DNA of 64,000 nucleotides from a virus (lineage: Duplodnaviria; Caudoviricetes): the IMG/VR virus record IMGVR_UViG_3300024346_000003, one strand, 5' to 3'. The notes under the pieces were generated by a model. The model had not been told where the DNA came from. It was given only the letters and a program-made list of their open reading frames with translations, and did not search any database. The position numbers were made by a program, and so were the translations under genes. The stretch's first letter is position 1. The number at the start of each line of letters is the position of its first letter. Of the stretch, positions 20,285 to 30,076 are shown piece after piece.

Positions 20285-21334
20285 CTAACTTTTACTTTCT
20301 AAGTATTTTTTTATGGAATTAATAACAGTTTCTGATTTAGTAACAAATGGTGCATAATAATTAACATTTTTTAAAGTTGGATTAGCCGATATTCTACTGA
20401 CATTAGATTGAAATTCATGATTCATTTGGGTAACATCACTAATTAAAAATGTATGAGTACCAACACCCCAAGACAACCATGATAATCCAGAACTAACACC
20501 CATGAAAAATTCAGCATTTCGTAATGTTTGAGCACGATTAAGTATTGACCTATCACCAGTTAAATCAGTTACATTTGTAAGATTAGTTGGTTCTTTAGAT
20601 ATAACAAACACATCATAATCAATTGAATTTAGATAATCAACAACATCTTGCCAACCATTTTCACATTTCCAATGTTTTTTTTCATGACTTGCAAATTCAG
20701 AAATACAAACGTATTTTCTATTGAATTTCATATCTCTTAATTGTTTTTCCAATTCTGGTCTTATCTCAACCATTGGTAAATATAATATTGATGATGCAAC
20801 ATATTGTAATGGCATTTCATCAACCACTACAGGTGAATATTTTTGATTACCATCATTAGATGCACCTATGTAATATTGAGCATAAACATTATCAACATTT
20901 GTATTCGGTGCTACAAATAAAATATTTGGGTAAACATCTTTAAATAAATCATTATAGAAAGTTGAACAAATTAAAACACAGTTATATTTTTTTCTGAATT
21001 CCTCAATGTATGGTATCCAAGCAATATTATCACCTAAAGCATATGCATCTAATTTTATAAATATAACTGAATTTTCTGGGTTAAAACTATTTTCAGCAAC
21101 TAATAACCCATCATGGTGAACAGTTGTATACCAATTCATATACCATTGCACTATATTTGAATATACCGTTTCACCAGTTTTACATTTAACTGATTTTACC
21201 TTTTCCATACCATCAGATTTTACAACATAAAATGTTACATCATATTCAACAAGTAAATCCCCACCAATAGTTACTGATGGAGCATTTGCCTCTTTAGGTA
21301 ATGTTGTTTTATAATTAAACTTAATATAATTCAT
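20285..21334 (-). CDS. second AAH/TibC-like GT9 homologue (lacks the Cys iron motif)
   Basis: ALGDNIAWIPYIEEFRKKYNC, FFMGVSSGLSWLSWGVG; paralogue of 212..1360 with no CxxC..C..C tail. Confidence 0.75.
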   Translation of the reverse strand: MNYIKFNYKTTLPKEANAPSVTIGGDLLVEYDVTFYVVKSDGMEKVKSVKCKTGETVYSNIVQWYMNWYTTVHHDGLLVAENSFNPENSVIFIKLDAYALGDNIAWIPYIEEFRKKYNCVLICSTFYNDLFKDVYPNILFVAPNTNVDNVYAQYYIGASNDGNQKYSPVVVDEMPLQYVASSILYLPMVEIRPELEKQLRDMKFNRKYVCISEFASHEKKHWKCENGWQDVVDYLNSIDYDVFVISKEPTNLTNVTDLTGDRSILNRAQTLRNAEFFMGVSSGLSWLSWGVGTHTFLISDVTQMNHEFQSNVSRISANPTLKNVNYYAPFVTKSETVINSIKKYLESKS

Positions 21335-21375
21335 AAGTTTATTATATTAAAAATATAATAAAAATAAATATTAAA

Positions 21376-21636
21376 TTACAGTTTCGGTGTTGAACCTACT
21401 ATATCTTCCCTAGTAATATCAACTGGTAAAACTGGTTCTTCATATTTATCAACATCTAATAAAGCTGTGTGTGTATTAGATAATATTGTATTGTTATCAT
21501 CAGATTCTAAACCTGTGAATGATACATTGTATAGGTAATTATTAGTATCTGTTACTAATATTACCCATTTGTCATTTAAAAATGTTGCACGAACAATTTT
21601 AGTTAAAGTGATATCTCTATCTGTTAATTTTGGCAT
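21376..21636 (-). CDS. hypothetical protein
   Basis: 86-aa ORF in the fibre operon. Confidence 0.55.
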   Translation of the reverse strand: MPKLTDRDITLTKIVRATFLNDKWVILVTDTNNYLYNVSFTGLESDDNNTILSNTHTALLDVDKYEEPVLPVDITREDIVGSTPKL

Positions 21637-21646
21637 AATTTTTATT

Positions 21647-24600
21647 TTAATATGTTTTATTTAGTGTAAATATTTCCGAATAAATTGAATCAGATGCACT
21701 CGCAGTGTCCCATTGTGCAGTAACTTCTAATGTATTAGAAATTGTTGTATCAAATAATGCACTTTCTATTTTACTGAACCCAATACCTTCAATCGAATTA
21801 CTCGATGTTTTAGTATAATTAAAGATACCACCCGATGCTATAGAAGCCACACCAGCAGCACCAATAGCCCTAACTGTAAAATTAATATCTATATTCCAAT
21901 GTTCAATATTTGTAACTGGCATAGTAATAGAACCAGTGTCAGCCAAAACAACAATACCCGATTTAATCCTAATACGTAATTTATGACCATTTACCGAAGA
22001 TACATGACCAATTAGTTTAGCAGTAAAACTGTCACCAACACTAAAGCCATTTGCTGGTATTGATAATGAACCAGTACCATTATTAATCAAAGTGGTTTCA
22101 ACAAGTGTATTTGTAACATCCACACTAGTTCCAGTTTGCGAGAATAAACCATAATTTAATGGGTATGGTGATACTGTTCTATATTTAACGGTACCATCTG
22201 TTGCTCTAACTAATACTTGTGTTAATGAATTATCATTTGTTGGTGTTGAATTAATATTTAAATTAGGTACATAAACCGTATCAGCTGTCGCACCAGTTAT
22301 ATTCTGACCACCTAATACCGCACTACGTGCACCAGTAACTCTTGAATTAGTTGAATGTATAAATGAAGTATTAGTACTTGCTATTGTATTAATACCACCA
22401 GCATGTGAATAATCACCACTAGCCGTTGTAAGGGCACCTTCACTATGTGAATATTTACCACTTGCGGTTGTACCTGAACCTTCAGTGTGTGAACCATTAC
22501 CATTAGCTGTTGTATAAAAACCTTCAGCATGTGAACCGAAATTACCAAGAGCTTTTGTAAAATAACCTTCAGAATGTGAATAACTACCACTAGCTGTTGT
22601 ATTTGAACCCTCACTATGTGACGATGCACCACTAGCGACTGTATAATAACCCTCACCATGTGAATAGGCACTACTAACAATTGTACCACTACCTTCAGCA
22701 TGTGAAACAGTACCACTAGCAGTTGTATTTGCACCTTCAGCATGTGAATTTGAACCCATTGCTTTTGTATAATGACCTTCAGCATGTGACACATAATTAC
22801 CAGCTATTGTACCAGTACCTTCAGCATGTGATGTACTACCACTAGCATTTGTTTGATACCCTTCAGCATGCGAATAAGTACCACTAGCTGTTGTATAAAT
22901 ACCTTCAGCGTGTGCACGAGAACCATTAGCTGTTGTTTGTTGACCTTCGGCATGTGATACATAACCACTAGCTATTGATAAATAACCCTCAGCATGTGCT
23001 GCCATATTTGATGTAGTTGTACCTGAACCTTCAGCATGGGCCGTATTACCACCAGCAATTGTACTATTACCTTCAGTGTGTGATGCAAGACCATTAGCTG
23101 TTGTTAATCTACCTTCAGAATGTGACCAACTACCAACAGATGTTGTAATAAGACCCTCAGCATGTGAATTTTGACCAAATGATGTTGTACCATTACCTTC
23201 AGCATGTGAACCACTACCAGTAGCTCTTGTACTTACATTCTCAGCATGTGATGCAGTACCAATAGCTGTTGTTTGATACCCTTCAGAATGTGAATATTGA
23301 CCACCAGCTCTTGTAACAAAACCCTCAGCATGTGATGTAGTACCACTAGCTATTGTTAATTGACCTTCAGCATGTGAATAAGTACCACTAGCTGTTGTAG
23401 TTGCACCCTCAGCATGTGAATAATTACCAATTGCTATTGTAATATAACCTTCAGCATGTGATACTTCACCATTAGCAATTGTTGATTGACCTTCAGCATG
23501 TGAATAAGAACCAAAAGACTTTGTTGAAATACCTTCAGCATGTGATGTGTTACCACTAGCGGTTGTACTTTGACCTTCAGCATGTGATTGTGCACCACTA
23601 GCAATTGTTGATTGACCTTCAGCATGTGATACAGCACCACTAGCGGTTGTATTAGCACCTTCAGCATGTGAAAAACTACCACTAGCTGTTGTTTGATATC
23701 CTTCAGAATGTGCATTATTACCACTAGCTCTTGTAACAAAACCCTCAGCATGTGATACAGCACCACTAGCTATTGTTAATTGACCTTCAGCATGTGAATA
23801 AACACCACTAGCGGTTGTAGTTGCACCCTCAGCATGTGAAGCATAACCACCAGCTCTTGTAACAAAACCTTCAGCATGTGACGTAATACCACTAGCTGTT
23901 GTTTGATATCCTTCAGCATGTGAATATTGACCAACAGCGGCTGTATTTTGACCTTCAACATGTGAATAATTACCAATAGCTGTTGTTTGAAAACCTTCAG
24001 CATGTGATGCACCACCACTAGCTGTTGTTAAACTACCTTCAGCATGTGATGCTTGACCAACAGCGTCTGTATAATAACCTTCAGCATGTGAATAATTACC
24101 AATAGCTGTTGTTTGAAGACCTTCAGCATGTGATGTATTACCACTAGCGGTTGTACTTTGACCTTCAGCATGTGAATATAATCCAGTTGCAATAACATCT
24201 TTACCAAATGCAAATGCTGTTCTTTGAAACGTAGTTGATACATAATAAAATGTATTACCACTAATTAATGTGTAGTTTGAACCAACTAATGATGAATCAA
24301 CTATGTACGTTGATGAAACGCCATCATAATAAATGTCATATACACTACAACCAACATTTAATATTTCGGTTCCAGATGAACCAGATATTAAAAATTCAGA
24401 ACAAAAATTCCATATATATTCTTGCCATGAAGCAGTTACATCACCAGGTAATATAATTGCTGGGTATGAATAATTTGGGTCTGAATTAGTAAATGAACAA
24501 CCACTAATTATTGTTATTGGTGTTTGTGTGTTTATTATTTCAGCTGCATTTACAACCGCATTTTCACCAAATGCAATTCCAAATGAGTTATTAACTGATG

Positions 24601-25543
24601 AACCACTACTTTGAATTGAATTATGTATTGTAATTGGTGAGCAACCGTGTAAATTAGAAACCCATAAATCCCCGATACAATTTCCAGATGTATTACCTGT
24701 AAACTCTATTGAAGATAAATCTAACGTATAAGCTGATAATGCATCGGTTCTATCAAAATATGCGACTGTACCAATTAATGTTGACCCAGTTGTATAATAA
24801 TTTGTATAACCAGTTAAGAATCCATTTACATTGAATGTACCACCTGTGTTATTCGTAAAGGTAGCGACACCATTACTTTGGTTATAAGTACCACCAGTGA
24901 TAAATATTTCAGTACTACCAGTATAGAATCCATTTACATTAAACGTACCACCCGTATTATTAGTGAATATAGCAGTACCGTTAGAATAAGTACCACCTGT
25001 AACTAATACTTCAACACCACCAGTGTAAAACCCATTTACGTTAAATGTACCACCTGTATTATTAGTAAAGGTAGCAGTACCGTTAGAATAAGTACCTCCA
25101 GTAACCACCGTATCAAATTGAGGTAACTCAACTAATAATGTAGTACCATTACCACTAATACTACCACCACTAAGTATAATATCACCGTTTAATACAACTA
25201 ATTGAGCACCATCATTCAATTTAAGCAACCCTTCAATATATAAGTCACCATAAATAAAACTTTGATAACCATTAGCTATTTCAACAGTTGTACCTGAAGG
25301 TATATGCCATCTATTCCCCTCAGCTTCAAATTGAGTTAAATCAACAAATATATCATTACCATTAATTTTATTTAAAATTAAATTAGTACCAGAGGTTTGT
25401 GCTGAATATATAAGTTCACCCTTTAAGTATATGAAGTTATTATCAACATCAGCCCAAGACAATACACTACCCGTAGTGATATCATTAAATGGTGTAATCC
25501 ATGGACTATTTAAACTCCTTAATATTAGTTTATTATTTGGCAT
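21647..25543 (-). CDS. trimeric adhesin-like tail fibre with TGGTY and SHAEG (YadA head-like) repeats
   Basis: 1298 aa; three 34-aa TGGTY repeats; about 40 14-aa SHAEG repeats. Confidence 0.7.
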   Translation of the reverse strand: MPNNKLILRSLNSPWITPFNDITTGSVLSWADVDNNFIYLKGELIYSAQTSGTNLILNKINGNDIFVDLTQFEAEGNRWHIPSGTTVEIANGYQSFIYGDLYIEGLLKLNDGAQLVVLNGDIILSGGSISGNGTTLLVELPQFDTVVTGGTYSNGTATFTNNTGGTFNVNGFYTGGVEVLVTGGTYSNGTAIFTNNTGGTFNVNGFYTGSTEIFITGGTYNQSNGVATFTNNTGGTFNVNGFLTGYTNYYTTGSTLIGTVAYFDRTDALSAYTLDLSSIEFTGNTSGNCIGDLWVSNLHGCSPITIHNSIQSSGSSVNNSFGIAFGENAVVNAAEIINTQTPITIISGCSFTNSDPNYSYPAIILPGDVTASWQEYIWNFCSEFLISGSSGTEILNVGCSVYDIYYDGVSSTYIVDSSLVGSNYTLISGNTFYYVSTTFQRTAFAFGKDVIATGLYSHAEGQSTTASGNTSHAEGLQTTAIGNYSHAEGYYTDAVGQASHAEGSLTTASGGASHAEGFQTTAIGNYSHVEGQNTAAVGQYSHAEGYQTTASGITSHAEGFVTRAGGYASHAEGATTTASGVYSHAEGQLTIASGAVSHAEGFVTRASGNNAHSEGYQTTASGSFSHAEGANTTASGAVSHAEGQSTIASGAQSHAEGQSTTASGNTSHAEGISTKSFGSYSHAEGQSTIANGEVSHAEGYITIAIGNYSHAEGATTTASGTYSHAEGQLTIASGTTSHAEGFVTRAGGQYSHSEGYQTTAIGTASHAENVSTRATGSGSHAEGNGTTSFGQNSHAEGLITTSVGSWSHSEGRLTTANGLASHTEGNSTIAGGNTAHAEGSGTTTSNMAAHAEGYLSIASGYVSHAEGQQTTANGSRAHAEGIYTTASGTYSHAEGYQTNASGSTSHAEGTGTIAGNYVSHAEGHYTKAMGSNSHAEGANTTASGTVSHAEGSGTIVSSAYSHGEGYYTVASGASSHSEGSNTTASGSYSHSEGYFTKALGNFGSHAEGFYTTANGNGSHTEGSGTTASGKYSHSEGALTTASGDYSHAGGINTIASTNTSFIHSTNSRVTGARSAVLGGQNITGATADTVYVPNLNINSTPTNDNSLTQVLVRATDGTVKYRTVSPYPLNYGLFSQTGTSVDVTNTLVETTLINNGTGSLSIPANGFSVGDSFTAKLIGHVSSVNGHKLRIRIKSGIVVLADTGSITMPVTNIEHWNIDINFTVRAIGAAGVASIASGGIFNYTKTSSNSIEGIGFSKIESALFDTTISNTLEVTAQWDTASASDSIYSEIFTLNKTY
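22390..24175 (-). repeat. 42-nt/14-aa SHAEG coding repeat array (about 40 units)
   Basis: Recurrent ccttcagcatgtga on the + strand at 42-nt spacing. Confidence 0.9.
24830..25110 (-). repeat. 34-aa TGGTY repeat x3
   Basis: VTGGTYSNGTATFTNNTGGTFNVNGFYTG units. Confidence 0.85.
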
Positions 25544-25557
25544 TATTCTTTTTTATT

Positions 25558-25565
25558 ATAAATAT
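25558..25565 (-). promoter_or_regulatory. putative late promoter ATATTTAT
   Basis: 14 nt upstream of the ATG at 25543. Confidence 0.65.
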
Positions 25566-25600
25566 GTTACAATTAATTTATTTAGGAACTTTATCACCCC

Positions 25601-25978
25601 TTACAATTTCCCAATAATTGAAGCCCAATTACTTTTAGTGTCAGTTACTTTTTGAGTCATGTTTGGATTATCCAATAGAATTTCTACTTCTTTAGCATAA
25701 TCTTTTGTGGTGTCAATAGTTACGTTTGTTGTCGCTATAACAGATATAGGGTTATTTTTATCTCCAGCATTTACTGTTATTGACAAAACAAAAGTTAATC
25801 TTTCCGCTATTGTTAATATATCTCCGTTTAATGATACACCGTTAGGGACTTCATTAGTAAAACTATACGAATAAGGACCGTTAAAACCTTTTGTTATTAC
25901 ATCATCTAAAAAATATTCAGTATTTTGTTTTTCATAATTTGATGAAAGTATTTGTGTATTAAAATTTGCACTTGCCAT
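25601..25978 (-). CDS. hypothetical protein
   Basis: 125-aa ORF, beta-rich. Confidence 0.55.
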   Translation of the reverse strand: MASANFNTQILSSNYEKQNTEYFLDDVITKGFNGPYSYSFTNEVPNGVSLNGDILTIAERLTFVLSITVNAGDKNNPISVIATTNVTIDTTKDYAKEVEILLDNPNMTQKVTDTKSNWASIIGKL

Positions 25979-26007
25979 TTTATTTTTATTTTTTAATTTT
26001 CTTATTA

Positions 26008-29000
26008 TTATGCATCAATGTTAGTTATGTTTAACACATCTGAGTTATCGTAGTAAGATAATCTAGGTGTACCATCTTGTCTACCGAATATTGTACAATT
26101 ATATACACCATAAACGTGTGTTGCTGGCCCACTAGTAAAATCAATACTATTAACCCAAAAGTCTACTATATTATATTGGAAACTATTATCAATAACATTT
26201 TGTTGGAAATTATCGGTTGTAATTCTATTATTGTAAAATTGTGAACCAATAGTATTGTCATAAAAATAGTAGCTAATAAAATTAGAACAGAAATTATTAC
26301 CAACACTGTTATTGTTAAATCCAAAACCTACTTCGTTACTGTAAAAGTCTGTTCCAATTGAATTGTTGTTAAAACCACCACCAATATTATTACCATAGAA
26401 TGTTCCAGCAGTGTTGTTGTTATTGAATCTATTACCAATTTCATTATTATGGAATATATTACCACCTCCACCACTTAACGTATTAGTAAAAAACTCATTT
26501 CCGATGTCATTTCTAAAAAATTCCGCATCAACTTGGTTACCATAGAATTTGTTACCAATTAAGTTATCGTAAAATTCATAATTAATAACGTTACCCCCAC
26601 TAGTATTAGAACCGTCATCACCAAAGTAATTACCGATGTTGTTATTGTTAAATCCAGTAGAAATAATGTTTTGTGTTCCACTACCAGCGTTACCAAAGAA
26701 ATGACCAACCTTGTTATATTGGAAATCAGTATCAATTTCGTTAAACGCTGAGTAGTTACCCAAATTATTAGATATAAAGTTATCACCAATTTCAGTTGGG
26801 AATCCACCAATACCTGAGTTACCGACAAATAAATTCCCTATTGTATTATTGTTGTTGTTTGACCCAAAAACGTTAAGCCAAAAATCATTACCAATTTTAT
26901 TATTGTCAAAATTTAAATTAAAAGCAGAATAAATGCAGTTGTCACCTATCTCGTTGAATTGGAATCCATCATTTATAATGTTACCACCATCAGTTCCAGT
27001 TCCCCCACCTACTGTAGGAAAATTTAACTCATTACCGAAGAAATTTCCAATCTTGTTATATTTAAAGTCATTGAATATTATATTTTGGATGACACCCCCA
27101 TTTTGACCAAAATAGTTGCCTATGTCATTACTTTCAAAACCATTTAATATAGAGTTTCCTATGAAATAGTTTTTAATTGTGTTATTGATAAATTGATTAC
27201 CTATAGTGTTATTATTGAAATAATTCTCAATAGTGTTATTCTCAAATTCATCTCCAATAGAGTTACTATTAAAATAATTGTTAATTGAGTTAGCCTCAAA
27301 GTTATCACCAATTGTATTGTTGGTAAAGTAATTACCTATAACATTATTGTACATAAATTGACCAATCGTATTATTCTGAAAAGTGTCATTTATTACATTA
27401 CCTTGAGCTTGACTGCCTCCGAAACCAAAATCATTTCCTATTGTGTTATCTTGAAACTCATTTCCTATTTTATTATAAGAAAAATTTTTCCCATTATTAG
27501 GTTCGGTATATATAGAGTTCCATTGAGTATCTGCTGGTGAAACTGAACCATTCCAAGAACCTTCAGAAACAATGTTATAAATACCATTTTGAACACCTCT
27601 AGTTATTTCAAGAACACCTGGAACAATAACATCTACCTCAGAACCATAATTAGTTTTAGTAAATAAAACTAAATTACCTACTAATGTACCACCAGAAGTA
27701 ATTTCTTGTCTTTCGTATTGGAATCCACCTCCATTTGCATTTTGTGTCCATTGTGTGAATTTAATTTTAAAATATTGTGATGTAGAGATAACTCTCATAA
27801 CTAACTCTTTACCTAAAATATAATTACCTATTTGACCATTAAGTGAATTAAGAAAAGTATCATATGTTCTTGTTGATACTGTCGATAAGTCTGACCACCC
27901 AAATAAATCTAAGTTAGATGGTAGATTACTTCTAAAATTTGTACCTATATCGTTGGTATTAAATTCATTACTAATAACATTATTATAAAAACTGTATTTA
28001 GTAGTATTTTCATTAAAACTATCATTAACTGTATTATTATTAAAAGCGTTACCAATTTCGTTTACACTAAAATAACTACCAATAGTATTATTATTAAACC
28101 CATTAAGTATTGTATTACCTTGAGATTCACCATTAATAGTATTCTCTTGGTAGTTTGTACCAATTTGATTGTTTTGGAAATTTTGTCTTATAATATTGTT
28201 GTTAAAATTATTACGAATATAATTTCTATAGAATTCAAAATTATCTAGGTTACCAAAGTCACCAATTGTATTATCTTGGAAGTTATCTAATATTTCATTT
28301 TTATAAAAACCATGATAAATAAGATTGTTACTAAAACCATTACCAATAATGTTGTCTTCAAAATCAGTACCATTCCCATTCAATAATCGGTTATTATTAA
28401 AATCATTACCAATATGGTTAGAGGTTAAATTTGCATTTATTAAGTTACGATTAAAATAATGACCTATAATACAATCATCAATATCGTTTACTGACACATT
28501 TTCATAACACCAATCCCCCCAAACATTATTTTGGTTGTCAGTTCCAAATGTGTTGTTATAACAATAATCACCAAATTTATTACTTTCATACTGACCTTCT
28601 AAGAATACGTTGTTTGCTAAAATAAAAGTTCCACTACCGATATTTGTGTAGTTATTAGCGTAATTACCAATATATGTATTTTTAGCATAATCATTTGATA
28701 TTGCGTCACCGAATGTTGTGTATTCTATAAAATCATCTGTTTTAACATTCGTTCTTTTAAAGTTAAAATAACCACTAGAATCATTCGTTTCTTCTATTGT
28801 TTTATAAAACTCAAACCCACCACCAAAGGTAGAAAGTGTATCACCAGTAATCGACATTAAAGTATCACCTGATATATGCACCACTTCAAAATAACTTGGG
28901 TTTATACCTGGTACATATATAACATCACCAACGGATAAATTTGTAAACTGTGTTGTAGTACCAGTTACATTATTAAGGTTAGTACTTGTTATTTCTATTG

Positions 29001-29700
29001 TACCATTTAAAGGTTGGTCTTGTCTATATGTGTATAATCTATATCTTTTAAATAAAATTGTTCTATGGTCATAATCAGTTCTATTATTGAATTCATCAAC
29101 TCTTTCAGTAATTCTACCATAAGCAACACCACCAGTAACTTCAGTTGTTGAATATGACCAATCATACGTTATTTTATCATTTGGATACATTGACTGATAC
29201 GCTTGATTTGAAATTGTATTAATTGATGTTGCAAGAACCATTAAAGGTTCAACAGGACCCTGTTTGTAATTACCTGTGATACCTGTATTAATAATAGGAC
29301 TATTATTATAATCAAAATCAGGTTGGTCATAACATGTTTGGAAGTCTGTTATTAAATAGTAACTACCATTTGATAACCCACTAGTAGTTATTAGGTCTGT
29401 TAACCCACTATATGACACATCAACAACACCAGCTTGTGGTAAATTTAAATAAGTTGTTGCTGAAAACGTAGTTGCACTTAATCCATTTGTAAATACCGTA
29501 TTACCCGTGATAGTTCCACCAGTAAATGAACCACCACTAGTAAAGTCATCAACACCCCCACTAGGGTTTAGTAGTTTATAATACCCATCTGTATCAACAC
29601 CAACATAATATGTGTTAGGTGATGCTGGTATATTATTAATATTCTCACCTGTAATATATACAGTTGTTTTACCATTGTTTTGTTGAATTATTCTTCCCAT
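26008..29700 (-). CDS. virion protein with Asn-rich beta-helix repeats
   Basis: 1230 aa; many (N/Y/F)NNTIG(N/D)xF units of about 10-11 aa. Confidence 0.6.
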   Translation of the reverse strand: MGRIIQQNNGKTTVYITGENINNIPASPNTYYVGVDTDGYYKLLNPSGGVDDFTSGGSFTGGTITGNTVFTNGLSATTFSATTYLNLPQAGVVDVSYSGLTDLITTSGLSNGSYYLITDFQTCYDQPDFDYNNSPIINTGITGNYKQGPVEPLMVLATSINTISNQAYQSMYPNDKITYDWSYSTTEVTGGVAYGRITERVDEFNNRTDYDHRTILFKRYRLYTYRQDQPLNGTIEITSTNLNNVTGTTTQFTNLSVGDVIYVPGINPSYFEVVHISGDTLMSITGDTLSTFGGGFEFYKTIEETNDSSGYFNFKRTNVKTDDFIEYTTFGDAISNDYAKNTYIGNYANNYTNIGSGTFILANNVFLEGQYESNKFGDYCYNNTFGTDNQNNVWGDWCYENVSVNDIDDCIIGHYFNRNLINANLTSNHIGNDFNNNRLLNGNGTDFEDNIIGNGFSNNLIYHGFYKNEILDNFQDNTIGDFGNLDNFEFYRNYIRNNFNNNIIRQNFQNNQIGTNYQENTINGESQGNTILNGFNNNTIGSYFSVNEIGNAFNNNTVNDSFNENTTKYSFYNNVISNEFNTNDIGTNFRSNLPSNLDLFGWSDLSTVSTRTYDTFLNSLNGQIGNYILGKELVMRVISTSQYFKIKFTQWTQNANGGGFQYERQEITSGGTLVGNLVLFTKTNYGSEVDVIVPGVLEITRGVQNGIYNIVSEGSWNGSVSPADTQWNSIYTEPNNGKNFSYNKIGNEFQDNTIGNDFGFGGSQAQGNVINDTFQNNTIGQFMYNNVIGNYFTNNTIGDNFEANSINNYFNSNSIGDEFENNTIENYFNNNTIGNQFINNTIKNYFIGNSILNGFESNDIGNYFGQNGGVIQNIIFNDFKYNKIGNFFGNELNFPTVGGGTGTDGGNIINDGFQFNEIGDNCIYSAFNLNFDNNKIGNDFWLNVFGSNNNNNTIGNLFVGNSGIGGFPTEIGDNFISNNLGNYSAFNEIDTDFQYNKVGHFFGNAGSGTQNIISTGFNNNNIGNYFGDDGSNTSGGNVINYEFYDNLIGNKFYGNQVDAEFFRNDIGNEFFTNTLSGGGGNIFHNNEIGNRFNNNNTAGTFYGNNIGGGFNNNSIGTDFYSNEVGFGFNNNSVGNNFCSNFISYYFYDNTIGSQFYNNRITTDNFQQNVIDNSFQYNIVDFWVNSIDFTSGPATHVYGVYNCTIFGRQDGTPRLSYYDNSDVLNITNIDA

Positions 29701-29717
29701 TTTTTTTCCTTTTTTAT

Positions 29718-29725
29718 ATAAATAT
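29718..29725 (-). promoter_or_regulatory. putative late promoter ATATTTAT
   Basis: 17 nt upstream of the ATG at 29700. Confidence 0.65.
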
Positions 29726-29734
29726 CTTATTATT

Positions 29735-30073
29735 TTATATATTACTTAATTTTTTAATTAAAGTGATAAAATTATTAACAATTGTTCTATCATTTGTGTT
29801 TAAAGTTAGATAATCAATATCACTCATTTCAGTTAAAACATTATTTGGTGTAACCATAGTACAATCAAAATATATTGGAGAATTGTTAATATTAACCATA
29901 GTATTAAAACTTGTTAAATTTGTAAATTCATTTATAATAAATTTATCTGAATCAGATAAATCATTAATATTACTATTAAATTGAGATAATGTATTATCTG
30001 ACATTGTTACCATACCCATTAGTATGTTTGTTAATTCGGGTAAATTACTACCATATAAAATCGTACTATTCAT
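29735..30073 (-). CDS. hypothetical protein
   Basis: 112-aa ORF coupled to the upstream gene. Confidence 0.55.
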   Translation of the reverse strand: MNSTILYGSNLPELTNILMGMVTMSDNTLSQFNSNINDLSDSDKFIINEFTNLTSFNTMVNINNSPIYFDCTMVTPNNVLTEMSDIDYLTLNTNDRTIVNNFITLIKKLSNI

Positions 30074-30076
30074 AAT

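Noticed and set aside
22381-24261. HMLKV-rich alternative-frame ORFs, and 42-nt periodic cagcatgtga resembling a CRISPR array
   Set aside because: In-frame SHAEG codons; repeats are degenerate at third positions, spacers encode related peptides, and no cas genes are present.
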